NCBI GenBank assembly: GCA_023398335.1
Contig: JAEWSJ010000037.1
Span: 2,521-66,520 of the forward strand
DNA: 64,000 nt
Source of the DNA: Bacillota bacterium
GTDB taxonomy: Bacteria; Bacillota_I; Bacilli_A; RFN20; CAG-288
Reading direction: 5' to 3'
Of this stretch, positions 8,867 through 18,957 are shown in pieces. The notes beneath the pieces are model-generated. The model was given only the letters and a program-made list of their open reading frames with translations. It made no database searches and was not told the origin of the DNA. Both the position numbers and the translations under genes were made by a program. The first letter of the stretch is position 1; each line of letters starts with the position of its first letter.

Positions 8867-10925
8867 CGTTTTCTCCTTTATCGTTTTGTGATGATGCATC
8901 TTTTAAGTATTCATCTAATACATGTTTTAATTTTATCTCTGAATCTTTGATCGTTGTGTTTTTTATCATACAAGCTGCGGAAGAAAAATGTCCTCCACCA
9001 CCCATTTTTTGCATTAAATATTCGCAATTAACCGTGCCATCGCCACGGGAAGAAATATATACGCTATTTTGATCGATCTTTCCAATAGCAAAGCATACTT
9101 TAGTTCCCTGGAGATCTCTTAATTCATTACAAACCATTGCAAGCATTGCGGAATCAACGTTTTCATTTTCATCGCCTCTTGCAATAACAACGCCATATGA
9201 AGGAGTGATGATATTTGATAATATTTTACTTTTAACAACGAATGTTTCATAACTTTCTTTTAAATAATCTCTAGCTTCTTGTTCATCCGCACCTAATCTA
9301 GTTAAGATAATTGATGCTTCATGTGTATCAATTGAAGTTTTACCTTTGAAATTATTAGTGTCTAGATAAATACCAGATAGCATCAAAGTTGCAATTTCTT
9401 TTGGAACGTTAATTTTATATGGAAATGAATCTAAGAACAAAGCTAGAATTTCACATGTTGAAGATGCTGATGAATCAATATATTCATATTCAGTATCGTA
9501 AAATCCTGTGTCTTGTTTTCTATGGTGGTCAATAATTGCAATCTTGCATTCTTCACCTGCGTAAAGATCTGGATAGATTGATAAAGACGGCTTATTATGA
9601 TCAAGCACAACAATCAATGTATCTTTATCAACAAAATCTTTAGATTCTCTACTAGAAATGAATACATTTTCAAAATAATCTGGAGATAATGCGGAACGTA
9701 AAGCTTGATCAGTCATTCTTTCAATCGATTGACTTTCGTAAAGAATATTTGCTTTAATTGGATTCTTTTGTCCTCGACAAATAGAGTAAACCGCTAAGCA
9801 CGCCCCAATGGCATCAATATCGGCGTATATATGAGGAACAATAAGAACATTTTTAGCTTTTAACAAACAATTAACAAATGCTTTTGAATAAGATTTTGTT
9901 TTAATTTTTGATGAGGTAGATTTTGATTCAGTGTTTCCACCAGCAAAGAACATCATGTTATCTCCGAAAGGCGAAAGAACACATTGATTTCCACCTCTAG
10001 ATAAAGCAACATCAAGGGCATTATTAGCTAATTCATTGTTTTTAATAAAATCAGGAAAGCCATAACCAAATCCTAACGAAGCAGTTAGGCCTTGTGCCTC
10101 AAAGTCTTTACCTATCGTATTAATTATTGAAAACTTATCTTTCTTTAGTAATTCCAAACTTTCATATGATAAAACAAGCATAAAGAAATCTTGTCTGATT
10201 AATTTAATAATGCATTTAAAATCTTTAAAATAATCAGAAATAGTTTTTCTTAAACTACTTTCAATTTCAGAAAACGCCAATTCATCCGACGCTTGAATAT
10301 CCGAGAAATTATCAAGATTCAAATATCCAATAACCAAGGAATGGTTGGTATTGTATTTAAGTAATGACTCATATTCAGTTGTATCTTTTATAATGAATAG
10401 ATTAGCAGATTTAATCAATTTTACCGCGTAATATTTCTCGTTGTATTTAAAAGATCCATCGGCACTAGAGGTGTGAAGCATATCAGATAAACTTGATGAT
10501 AATTCCTCTATATTTTTATCAACAAAATTCATTCCGCGGTCAAGAAGTAAATCATTACACCAAAGGACAACGCCTTTTTCATCTGTAACAATCATACCTA
10601 ATTCGCCAAAAGCATAAGCAGCTTCAACATCGCCACCGATAATATCAATAGTCTTCAAATCAGATAAATATCTTCTCTTTTCAAAATTGAATAATCCAAT
10701 ATAACTAGCAACTAATACAAAACACACTAAAACGCCAATAATAGAAACTAATGAAACAAAATATATTCTCGAATAATAAGGAAAATAATGATCTAGAACA
10801 ACTACTGCAGCAATTGCTAATAATCCTAGTATAAATATAAGCCATACAACGCTTTTAATTTTCTTAATAGTATCACGCATATAACACCTCCACTTAGGAT
10901 GCAAATAATATATATAATTATACAT
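8847..10925 (-). CDS. gdpP: GdpP/YybT-family c-di-AMP phosphodiesterase (TM-PAS-degenerate GGDEF-DHH/DHHA1)
   Basis: Two N-terminal TM helices; a DHH motif 'HIYADIDAIGA'; a DHHA1 'GGGH' C-terminus. Sits directly upstream of rplI. Confidence 0.8.
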   Translation of the reverse strand: MYNYIYYLHPKWRCYMRDTIKKIKSVVWLIFILGLLAIAAVVVLDHYFPYYSRIYFVSLVSIIGVLVCFVLVASYIGLFNFEKRRYLSDLKTIDIIGGDVEAAYAFGELGMIVTDEKGVVLWCNDLLLDRGMNFVDKNIEELSSSLSDMLHTSSADGSFKYNEKYYAVKLIKSANLFIIKDTTEYESLLKYNTNHSLVIGYLNLDNFSDIQASDELAFSEIESSLRKTISDYFKDFKCIIKLIRQDFFMLVLSYESLELLKKDKFSIINTIGKDFEAQGLTASLGFGYGFPDFIKNNELANNALDVALSRGGNQCVLSPFGDNMMFFAGGNTESKSTSSKIKTKSYSKAFVNCLLKAKNVLIVPHIYADIDAIGACLAVYSICRGQKNPIKANILYESQSIERMTDQALRSALSPDYFENVFISSRESKDFVDKDTLIVVLDHNKPSLSIYPDLYAGEECKIAIIDHHRKQDTGFYDTEYEYIDSSASSTCEILALFLDSFPYKINVPKEIATLMLSGIYLDTNNFKGKTSIDTHEASIILTRLGADEQEARDYLKESYETFVVKSKILSNIITPSYGVVIARGDENENVDSAMLAMVCNELRDLQGTKVCFAIGKIDQNSVYISSRGDGTVNCEYLMQKMGGGGHFSSAACMIKNTTIKDSEIKLKHVLDEYLKDASSQNDKGENDESNND

Positions 10926-11095
10926 TATTATATCTAATTATTGAATTGCAATTTTTACACATATTACATCATGCGATTTAACACGCCTAAAATTAATAAA
11001 TCAATATTTATAAAAACAATTGAAAAAAAAGTAAATATAAACTATTATACCAATGAATAAGATATTCAACTATCTTATGATTCAGGAGGATTATT

Positions 11096-11569
11096 ATGAG
11101 AAAAAATAACATAGGTAGTGTCAGTTATAATGTCTCAACCACTAAAAAACGTGCATTATTCACAATTTCATTAATTGTTTTTTTATTAACTTTATGTAGC
11201 ACTTTTTTATTCTTTGTCGCTATAAGTATGTCAAAAAACAGCGGTGTTTTTGATTTCAACAACGTCATTAAAACAATACAAGAATTTTTCGGAGGATTAG
11301 ATTACAAGTCATTTTCAACATATTTGTTATTAACAATATATGTTTTACCACTTGTCGGTGGAATTTTAGGCTTACTTAATAAACCATTTAGATTATTCGG
11401 AGTACTTGCTCTTCTTTGTATCTTTGGTTCATTGATGTTTAATCTCTATAATTTCTCTGGTAACGTATTTAATTTTAGAGATTTTGATAATTCGATATCT
11501 TCATCGATATTTATCGTCAACTTAGTCGCTTTTGTTCTTACATTTATCAATGTAGAAAAATCTAAGTAA
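11096..11569 (+). CDS. Hypothetical membrane protein
   Basis: About 4 predicted TM helices. No recognisable motif. Confidence 0.4.
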   Translation: MRKNNIGSVSYNVSTTKKRALFTISLIVFLLTLCSTFLFFVAISMSKNSGVFDFNNVIKTIQEFFGGLDYKSFSTYLLLTIYVLPLVGGILGLLNKPFRLFGVLALLCIFGSLMFNLYNFSGNVFNFRDFDNSISSSIFIVNLVAFVLTFINVEKSK

Positions 11570-11581
11570 TAACAATTAATC

Positions 11582-11617
11582 AAACTCTTATCAAATCAAA
11601 AAAGATAAGAGTTTTTT
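11582..11617 (+). terminator. Intrinsic terminator
   Basis: An 11-bp stem AAACTCTTATC / GATAAGAGTTT followed by a T6 run. Confidence 0.6.
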
Positions 11618-11686
11618 ATTTATTATCATATTTCTTTAATTTTATTTTTCTTATGATATAATATTTTTTGCGTAGAGGATGATGGT

Positions 11687-11983
11687 ATGGAAACACAAGA
11701 TAGCGAAATAATTAAACAAATTAAAGATACGATAGATAAATTAGCAGTTTTTATCCAAAAAGATGGTGGAGACATACATTTTTACAGTTTTGATGAAGTA
11801 ACCGGAACTGTTAACGTTACTTTATCTGGAGCTTGCCAAGGCTGTGCGTATATTGATGATACAATCTCCATGGGGGTTGAAGCTATTCTTCAAGAAGAAG
11901 TAAAAGGCGTCGAAAGAGTTAAAGTCGTTGATCAAGATGGTAATCCGATTGATCTCGCTAAACAATACGTCGATTCATTCTAA
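11687..11983 (+). CDS. NifU-like (Nfu C-terminal domain) Fe-S cluster carrier protein
   Basis: 'VTLSGACQGCAYIDDTISMGVEAIL' carries the CxxC Nfu motif. About 98 aa. Confidence 0.7.
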   Translation: METQDSEIIKQIKDTIDKLAVFIQKDGGDIHFYSFDEVTGTVNVTLSGACQGCAYIDDTISMGVEAILQEEVKGVERVKVVDQDGNPIDLAKQYVDSF

Positions 11984-12013
11984 AAAAACACTCGCAAGAG
12001 TGTTTATTTTTTT
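11982..12013. terminator. Bidirectional intrinsic terminator (nfu / mnmG convergent)
   Basis: AACACTC-gcaa-GAGTGTT hairpin with A7 on one side and T7 on the other. Confidence 0.6.
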
Positions 12014-13869
12014 GCTTTAATATGTAACATCAACGCTGTAATATCAGCCGGATGAACATTAGTAATTCTACTAGCTTCTCCAATTGTATGAGGATTAATT
12101 TTATGTAATTTTTCTCTCGCTTCTAAAGATATTCCATCCATATTTAAATAATCCATTCCTTCAGGAATAATTACATCTTCATAAGAGTGAAGTTTTGCTG
12201 CTTCTTTTCTTTGAATGTTGATATAGCCTTCATATTTAATTTCAATTTCAAGTTTTTCCGCAGAAAAATCATCCAAATGTAATAATGAAGGTGTCAGTGA
12301 GGCTAAAACTGAATACTTTACATTTTGTCTCTTTAGTAAATTAAGATAATTTGTGTTTCTATCCGGACGTGGGAAGGATAAACTTTCAATATAATCAAGT
12401 ACTTTATCATTGTTTGAAATATATGTTTTACTAAGAATATTTTTTGCTTCTGAGATTTTATTTTCTCTCAATAAAAACTTTGAGTATCTTTCTTCTGAAT
12501 TCAAGCCTAAATCATATCCATACTTCATCAGTCTTGTATCGGCATTATCAGACCTAGTCAACAAGCGATATTCCGAACGAGAAGATAATAATCGATATGG
12601 TTCTTTTGTTCCCTTAGTGATTAAATCATCAATCATTATTCCAATATAAGCCTCATCTCTTTTTAAGATAAACGGGTTCTTATCATCAAGATATAAACTA
12701 GCATTGATACCAGCCATAAGTCCTAATGCTGCTGCTTCTTCATAACCAGAAGTTCCGATAATTTGCCCAGCTCCAAATAATCCTTTGATTTTTCTAAGCA
12801 TCAAAGATTTATCAAATTGAAGTGGTTCAATAGCATCATATTCAATTGCGTAGGCATATTTAAGAATTTTTACATGCTCAAGACCTTTAAGTGAATGAAC
12901 CATTTCATCTTGTATTTCAATAGGCATTGAAGTAGAAAAACCTTGAAGATAAATGGATTTCATTTCGGTTGATTCTGGCTCCAAAAATAACTGATGACGT
13001 GGCTTATCAGCAAAATTAACAATCTTAGTTTCAATGCTAGGACAATATCTAGGACCGACACCCTTAATAGTTCCACTATACATCGCTGATTCTTTTAAGT
13101 GTGCACGAATTATTTCATGAGTTTTTTCATTTGTATAAGTTAAATAGCAAGGTACTTGCTCATCAAATGGTAAATACGATGTGGTATCATAAGAAAATGC
13201 TAAATTTCCCTTAGTTCCATATTGTGGCTCTAAAACAGAATAATCAATCGAATCAGGGTCTAGTCTCTGCGGAGTACCAGTTTTAAGTCTAAATAAAGTA
13301 ATGCCATGATCCATTAATGATTTAGAAAGACCATGCGCTGGTCTCTCTCCATCTGGTCCACCTTCTTCTACATGAAGACCACGTAAAATAGTTGATTCTA
13401 AATGTGTTCCAGTTGTAAGAATAACCGCTTTTGCCCCGATTAACGAACCATCTTCTATCTTTACACCTTTAATAAACCCATTCTCAACAACAATCTCTTT
13501 AACTTCATGTTCTTCTATGTCAAGATTCTCAACTTTAGCTAAATATTCTTGCATTCCGCGTGGGTAACTAAGTTTGTCTTCTTGAGCACGAAGAGATTGA
13601 ACTCCTGGTCCTTTAGAAGTGTTAAGCATTTTCATTTGAAGATAATGCTGATCCGCAATTTTTCCCATAATGCCACCTAAGGCATCTATTTCACGAACAA
13701 CAATACCTTTTGCTGATCCACCAATATGGGGATTACAAGGCATATTCGAAATCATTTTTTTATTTAGGCACAATAAAAGTGTGCTTTTACCCATTTTTGC
13801 TGTTGCATAGCAAGCCTCGCTCCCTGCGTGACCACCACCAACTACAATAACATCATAATTTTCTTTCAT
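12004..13869 (-). CDS. mnmG: tRNA uridine 5-carboxymethylaminomethyl modification enzyme MnmG (GidA)
   Basis: FAD-binding 'YDVIVVGGGHAG'; the family is conserved along the whole length. Start placed at the internal Met, 1 nt after the sufB stop. Confidence 0.9.
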   Translation of the reverse strand: MKENYDVIVVGGGHAGSEACYATAKMGKSTLLLCLNKKMISNMPCNPHIGGSAKGIVVREIDALGGIMGKIADQHYLQMKMLNTSKGPGVQSLRAQEDKLSYPRGMQEYLAKVENLDIEEHEVKEIVVENGFIKGVKIEDGSLIGAKAVILTTGTHLESTILRGLHVEEGGPDGERPAHGLSKSLMDHGITLFRLKTGTPQRLDPDSIDYSVLEPQYGTKGNLAFSYDTTSYLPFDEQVPCYLTYTNEKTHEIIRAHLKESAMYSGTIKGVGPRYCPSIETKIVNFADKPRHQLFLEPESTEMKSIYLQGFSTSMPIEIQDEMVHSLKGLEHVKILKYAYAIEYDAIEPLQFDKSLMLRKIKGLFGAGQIIGTSGYEEAAALGLMAGINASLYLDDKNPFILKRDEAYIGIMIDDLITKGTKEPYRLLSSRSEYRLLTRSDNADTRLMKYGYDLGLNSEERYSKFLLRENKISEAKNILSKTYISNNDKVLDYIESLSFPRPDRNTNYLNLLKRQNVKYSVLASLTPSLLHLDDFSAEKLEIEIKYEGYINIQRKEAAKLHSYEDVIIPEGMDYLNMDGISLEAREKLHKINPHTIGEASRITNVHPADITALMLHIKAKK

Positions 13870-13870
13870 A

Positions 13871-15274
13871 TTAACCGATACTTCCATCCATATCAAATTT
13901 AATGAGTTGATTTAATTCAACTGCATATTCCATTGGTAATTCCTTTGCAAAAGGTTCTATAAATCCCATAACAATCATTTGTGTAGCATCTTTTTTAGAT
14001 AAACCACGAGACATCAAATAAAACAATTCATCTTCATCAATTTTTGAAACTGTTGCTTCATGGTCAATGAAAGAGGTGTTATTCTCTACTTTATTAGTAG
14101 GAATTGTATCCGAGGCTGAATAATCATCAAGAATTAAAGTGTCGCATTCAACATGGGCGCGAGAGTTTTTAGCTACAGGAGTTATATCAACTAGTCCACG
14201 ATAATTAGCAACTCCTCCTTCTTTTACAATAGATTTTGAAATTATTGTTGAAGAAGTTTCTTTGCCTAAGTGAATCATTTTTGCACCAGCATCCTGGTAT
14301 TGTCCTTTTGAAGCAACCGCAATAGAAATGCAGCTTCCTTTTGCTCTGTCTCCTTTTAATACACAGGCTGGATATTTCATATTAGTTTGACTACCAATAT
14401 TACCATCGATCCATTCCATCAATCCATCTTCTTCAACTAAAGCTCTTTTTGTGACTAAATTAACTATATTATTCGACCAGTTTTGAATGGTGGAATAGCG
14501 GCATTTTGCACGTTTCCCAACATATATTTCAACAACCGCAGCATGAAGTGAATCTTTGGAATATTGAGGAGCAGTACAGCCTTCAACATAGTGTAAAGAA
14601 GCATCATCATCAACGATGATTAAAGTTCTTTCAAATTGACCACTACGTTCATTATTAATTCTAAAATACGATTGAAGAGGCTTATCTAATTTAACTCCTT
14701 TAGGAATATAGATAAAACTACCTCCCGACCAACAACAACCATTTAAAGCAGAGTATTTATTATCGGTATAAGGAACTAATTTTCCGAAATATTTTCTGAA
14801 CAAATCAGGACACGCTTTTAAAGCTGAATCAGTATCCAAAAAGATAACTCCTTTATCTTCTACTTCCTTAAGCATATTATGGTAAACAGCTTCGGATTCA
14901 TATTGAGTTGAAACACCAGCTAAATACTCTTTTTCAGCTTGAGGAATACCAAGTTTATCAAAAGTATTTCTAACAGTCTCAGGAACATCATCCCATGACT
15001 TTGATACTTCATCTGATAGTCTAGTAAAATACGTATAATCATTAAAATTCAAGAAATCAAGATTTGGACCAAAAGATGGTTGATGATGAGACATGAATTC
15101 TTCATAGGATTTTTCGCGGTATTCACGCATCCACATCGGCTCTTTCTTTTGAGTGGAGATTTCATCCACAATTTCTTTACTTAAGCCTTTTGAAGTTTTG
15201 AAAATAGAGACATCTTTATCTTTGAACTCGTATTTAGATCTATCTAAATCTAAATCATCTACTTTTTTATTCAT
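13871..15274 (-). CDS. sufB: Fe-S cluster assembly protein SufB
   Basis: '[13 protein letters not shown]' and overall SufB similarity. Its ATG overlaps the sufU TGA stop (ATGA). Confidence 0.9.
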   Translation of the reverse strand: MNKKVDDLDLDRSKYEFKDKDVSIFKTSKGLSKEIVDEISTQKKEPMWMREYREKSYEEFMSHHQPSFGPNLDFLNFNDYTYFTRLSDEVSKSWDDVPETVRNTFDKLGIPQAEKEYLAGVSTQYESEAVYHNMLKEVEDKGVIFLDTDSALKACPDLFRKYFGKLVPYTDNKYSALNGCCWSGGSFIYIPKGVKLDKPLQSYFRINNERSGQFERTLIIVDDDASLHYVEGCTAPQYSKDSLHAAVVEIYVGKRAKCRYSTIQNWSNNIVNLVTKRALVEEDGLMEWIDGNIGSQTNMKYPACVLKGDRAKGSCISIAVASKGQYQDAGAKMIHLGKETSSTIISKSIVKEGGVANYRGLVDITPVAKNSRAHVECDTLILDDYSASDTIPTNKVENNTSFIDHEATVSKIDEDELFYLMSRGLSKKDATQMIVMGFIEPFAKELPMEYAVELNQLIKFDMDGSIG

Positions 15275-15726
15275 TTTTTGTCTCCTTTATCAACACGGTC
15301 AAATATTTCTTTAACTCCACGCCACCCAATTGTCGCACATTTAATACGGCTAGGTTGTTTTGAAGTATTAATAAAAGCAATTGCTTCCCCTAATACTTCC
15401 TCATCATATGGCTCTTCGTTAATCATATTATTGTAATTATTGAGAATATTCATCGCTTCTTTTTCACTCTTACCCATTAATAATTCAGTCATTATTGAAG
15501 TAGATGCTGTTGAAATAGCACAACTTGTACCATGCCAAGCACAATCAACAATAACTCCATTCTCAATAAGAAGTTGAACATATATATCGTCAATACAAGA
15601 AGCCGAATCCATATGCACTGTAAAATAACGTGAATCGTTAATCTCACGTTTATTTCGAGGATTTTGGTAATGATCCATGATGATTTCTCGAAGCATCATT
15701 GGATTATCTTTAATTGAAATAGGCAT
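15271..15726 (-). CDS. sufU: SufU/IscU-like sulfur acceptor / scaffold
   Basis: NifU-N-like fold with conserved Cys residues ('[15 protein letters not shown]'). Position between sufS and sufB. Confidence 0.8.
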   Translation of the reverse strand: MPISIKDNPMMLREIIMDHYQNPRNKREINDSRYFTVHMDSASCIDDIYVQLLIENGVIVDCAWHGTSCAISTASTSIMTELLMGKSEKEAMNILNNYNNMINEEPYDEEVLGEAIAFINTSKQPSRIKCATIGWRGVKEIFDRVDKGDKK

Positions 15727-16939
15727 CTAAAAAATCATCTCCTTTGCTGCAAGCATCAACAAATTGTTTTACGTCTTCTTCATCGTTATAAAAGTATAAA
15801 CTTGCTCTAACAGTAGCATCTGTCTTTAAAAAGTCCATTAATATTTTGGCACAATGTTGTCCCGATCTAACTGCGACACCTTTTGAATTAAGAAGACTCG
15901 CTGCGTCTTGAGCAAAAACTCCATTAATATTAAATGTAACAATACCTGACTCTGCTTCTTTGTTATAGATTGTGATATTTGGAAGTTTTTCAAGTCCCTC
16001 AATCATCAATTTACGAAGTTTTCTTTCTTGTTCTTCAATTGTATCAAAACCGATGGAAGAAATGTAATTACACGCCGCTGCAAGTCCCATTGCTCCCGCA
16101 ATATTTTGTGTTCCAGCTTCAAATTTAACCGGTGGGATTTGATATGTAACATTACCACATGTTTCAAATCTTGTGTTCATTCCACCGCCAGAAAGAAGAG
16201 GATCCATTTGGCAAAGTAAATCATACTTTCCATATAAAACTCCTATTCCGGTAGGCCCTAACATTTTGTGCCCAGAGAAACATAAAAAATCACAATCTAA
16301 ATCTTTAACATCAACTTTCATATGTGGAACTGATTGCGCTCCATCAACTACGAAATAACATCCATGTTCATGAGCAATTTTTGCTAATGTTTTAACATCA
16401 ACAACATAACCAAGAACATTGGTAACTTGAGCTAAAGAAATAACTTTGGTTTTTGAAGTTATGGATTGCTCTAAATTTTCTTTTGTTAATCTTCCTTCTT
16501 TAGTTAAAGGAATATATTTTACAACTGCATGAGTATGTTTACAAATGGAAAACCATGGTAGAACATTAGAAGCGTGCTCAGCTTCAGAAAGAAGAATTTC
16601 ATCTCCTTCTTTTAGAAATTTTTCTAGACCATAGGCAACAGTATTAAGCGACATACTTGCACCTGAAGTGAAACATATTTCATTTGTATTGGCATTTATA
16701 AACTTTGCAACAGTTTCACGTGCTTTTTCATACATAACATCAACATCATGAGCTAAATCATAATCACCTCTATGTGAGTTTGCACAATATGATTCATAAT
16801 ATGAATCGTTGGCTTTTATGACTGAATATGGTTTAAAAGTTGTAGCAGCATTATCTAAATATACGAATCTTTTTCCTTGCATTAAAGGATAATTCTTATA
16901 CATTGGAAAATCTTCACGTATCTTCTTGACATCAAACAT
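15710..16939 (-). CDS. sufS: Cysteine desulfurase SufS (class V aminotransferase)
   Basis: PLP-lysine region 'FSGHKMLGPTGIG' and a catalytic Cys loop 'RSGQHCA'. Confidence 0.9.
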   Translation of the reverse strand: MFDVKKIREDFPMYKNYPLMQGKRFVYLDNAATTFKPYSVIKANDSYYESYCANSHRGDYDLAHDVDVMYEKARETVAKFINANTNEICFTSGASMSLNTVAYGLEKFLKEGDEILLSEAEHASNVLPWFSICKHTHAVVKYIPLTKEGRLTKENLEQSITSKTKVISLAQVTNVLGYVVDVKTLAKIAHEHGCYFVVDGAQSVPHMKVDVKDLDCDFLCFSGHKMLGPTGIGVLYGKYDLLCQMDPLLSGGGMNTRFETCGNVTYQIPPVKFEAGTQNIAGAMGLAAACNYISSIGFDTIEEQERKLRKLMIEGLEKLPNITIYNKEAESGIVTFNINGVFAQDAASLLNSKGVAVRSGQHCAKILMDFLKTDATVRASLYFYNDEEDVKQFVDACSKGDDFLDAYFN

Positions 16940-17688
16940 TAGAAATCCCTCTTTTCAATATAATTAAGCAAATGAGTCTGATACTCTTTAACAGATATTT
17001 GCTCGATGACAGGTTTTAAATATGAAACTGTGAGTAAACTTGATGCTTCTCTTCGATTCAATCCACGAGACATCAAATAAAACATAATATCATCAGATAC
17101 TTTACCAAGTTTAGCCGAGTGTGAAGCTTTAATATCATTTTCAGCAATCTTTAGTATTGGTGAAACTTGAGTTTTACCTTCGTCTGATAAATTAACAATT
17201 GTGCCCTCTTGACATGTAAATGACTTCTTCGCACCTTTTACTATATCAGTAGTTCCTAATAAAGATAACGTCGTTTTTCCATCTGATACTCCGGACATCT
17301 TCACATAAGAGTAAGAATTTAAACCTAACTGTTTAACTTTTATATCAAAAATCTTTTTTTGATTTGAAGAAGAAACGGTCGCTAAATCTACAGTAATTCT
17401 AGAATTGTTATTAATTGTTGAATTAATATTAAAATTAACTGAAGAAGAGGCAAAATCAACAATGACAATTTTCAATTCACAATTATCATCAATGATTATA
17501 TCTCCGTTAAAATTTACAGTGTTTTGGTTATCGAGTAAATTAACAATTTCCAAAACAACAGCAGCAGCATTTGTAACACGAAAACTTACAAGTGAATTAT
17601 CTTCGTCAATATTACAAAACATGTGACAAGACGAATGAATTACACTTGGAACGTTCCCCTTTTTTATATGTATCAACTCTTTACTCAT
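16939..17688 (-). CDS. sufD: SufD-like protein (short; N-terminal domain absent)
   Basis: The C-terminal '[14 protein letters not shown]' parallels SufB/SufD. Position between sufC and sufS. Only 249 aa. Confidence 0.6.
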   Translation of the reverse strand: MSKELIHIKKGNVPSVIHSSCHMFCNIDEDNSLVSFRVTNAAAVVLEIVNLLDNQNTVNFNGDIIIDDNCELKIVIVDFASSSVNFNINSTINNNSRITVDLATVSSSNQKKIFDIKVKQLGLNSYSYVKMSGVSDGKTTLSLLGTTDIVKGAKKSFTCQEGTIVNLSDEGKTQVSPILKIAENDIKASHSAKLGKVSDDIMFYLMSRGLNRREASSLLTVSYLKPVIEQISVKEYQTHLLNYIEKRDF

Positions 17689-17689
17689 A

Positions 17690-18505
17690 CTATTTAACCT
17701 TCGTAGTTTTTACAGCACAAGTTTCAATCGATATAACTTTATCTTCGGATTTCTTTAGTGATATTCCGTATTCTTTATGAATCCATTCATATCCTTCATT
17801 ATCAACTCTCTTCACTAGCGATCCATCACCTTGAACAGCAATCTTGCCGTCAATCATAATGGCGGTTTTATTTGGCTTAATCAATTCAAAAAGCTTTGAA
17901 TAGTGAGAAATAACAATAAATGACATTCCTTCTTTTTGTTTTTTAGATATTGCGTCTGAAACTAATTTTAACGCATCTACATCAAGTCCCGAATCAATTT
18001 CATCAAGTAAAGCTAAAGATGGGGATAGTAAAAGCAACTGAAGTATTTCGTTTCTCTTTTTTTCACCACCGGAAAATCCTTCATTCAAATGTCGTGTATT
18101 CATTTCATCTGGTAAATTTACAGCTTTATAACCATTTTCTAATAATTTATAAAATTCAAATAGTGAAACTGGTTTTTCACGATGAGCATTAATCATTTGT
18201 TTAAAGAAGTCCATATTAACTACACCAGCAACTTCTGGTGGATTTTGAAAAGCAAAAAACAAACCTTTCTTTGATCTTTCATCTACAGACATCTTAAGAA
18301 CATCTTCTCCGTCCATAATTATCGAACCCTGAGTAACTTTATAACGTGGGTGTCCCATTATTGCATTTAATAATGTAGATTTACCATGCCCGTTAGGTCC
18401 TAATAAGGCTAAAGTGTCATGAGAATTAATAACTAAATTGACACCTTTTAATATTTCTTTTCCTTCGACTTCAACATGAAGGTCTTTTATTTCTAAATTT
18501 TCCAT
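17690..18505 (-). CDS. sufC: Fe-S cluster assembly ATPase SufC
   Basis: Walker A 'GPNGHGKST', ABC signature 'FSGGEKKR', Walker B 'LLDEIDSGLD'. Start placed at the internal Met, which has a GGAAGG RBS. Confidence 0.9.
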   Translation of the reverse strand: MENLEIKDLHVEVEGKEILKGVNLVINSHDTLALLGPNGHGKSTLLNAIMGHPRYKVTQGSIIMDGEDVLKMSVDERSKKGLFFAFQNPPEVAGVVNMDFFKQMINAHREKPVSLFEFYKLLENGYKAVNLPDEMNTRHLNEGFSGGEKKRNEILQLLLLSPSLALLDEIDSGLDVDALKLVSDAISKKQKEGMSFIVISHYSKLFELIKPNKTAIMIDGKIAVQGDGSLVKRVDNEGYEWIHKEYGISLKKSEDKVISIETCAVKTTKVK

Positions 18506-18670
18506 AAGTTCTTTCCTTCCAAAAGATATTTTATTATTATTAAAATGCAATTACAACAAATATGGTAAATAAAAAAATATTTATATATAAATATATATTA
18601 ACCATTAAAGCATCAGTTATAAAATCTAAAAATATGAATTGTTTATCATTTTAAAACGAATATTTTAAAT

Positions 18671-18726
18671 GAAAAAGCGCGTCATTTTTCGTCGATTTTT
18701 TTCGCGATTTTGACGCGAAAAGCGCC
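18671..18726. promoter_or_regulatory. GC-rich dyad / direct-repeat cluster in the sufC-lipoprotein divergent intergenic region (candidate operator)
   Basis: GCGCGTCA...27 nt...TGACGCGA inverted repeat. AAAAGCGC occurs twice. Internal TTTTTCGTCGATTTT / TTTTTCGCGATTTT units. The region is conspicuous in an otherwise very AT-rich spacer. Confidence 0.3.
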
Positions 18727-18899
18727 ACTTATTTTCATTCGTTTTCACTCATTTTTCAATACGCTTTCAACAATATTTTCACAATTAAAATTCAATAAAA
18801 AATCATTGATTTTACGGCTCTTTTTATCTTTTTTTCAGCGATAAAAAATTAGTCTACGTTTTTTGTAATACTTTAAGTATTAATATTACTACTTTTTTC

Positions 18900-18928
18900 T
18901 TGAAATTAGGTGGCAGTTATATTATTAT
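18900..18928 (+). promoter_or_regulatory. Putative sigma-70 promoter for the lipoprotein gene pair
   Basis: TTGAAA, 17-bp spacer, then TATTAT, about 30 nt upstream of the RBS and ATG at 18958. Confidence 0.35.
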
Positions 18929-18957
18929 TAGATAGTTAGATATCAAGGAGGAAAGAT

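Noticed and set aside
15271-15274. Possibility that this AT-rich Mollicute-like genome uses genetic code 4 (TGA=Trp)
   Set aside because: sufU terminates with a TGA that overlaps the sufB ATG (ATGA). ORFs of 600-700 aa are intact under code 11. TGG is used for Trp.
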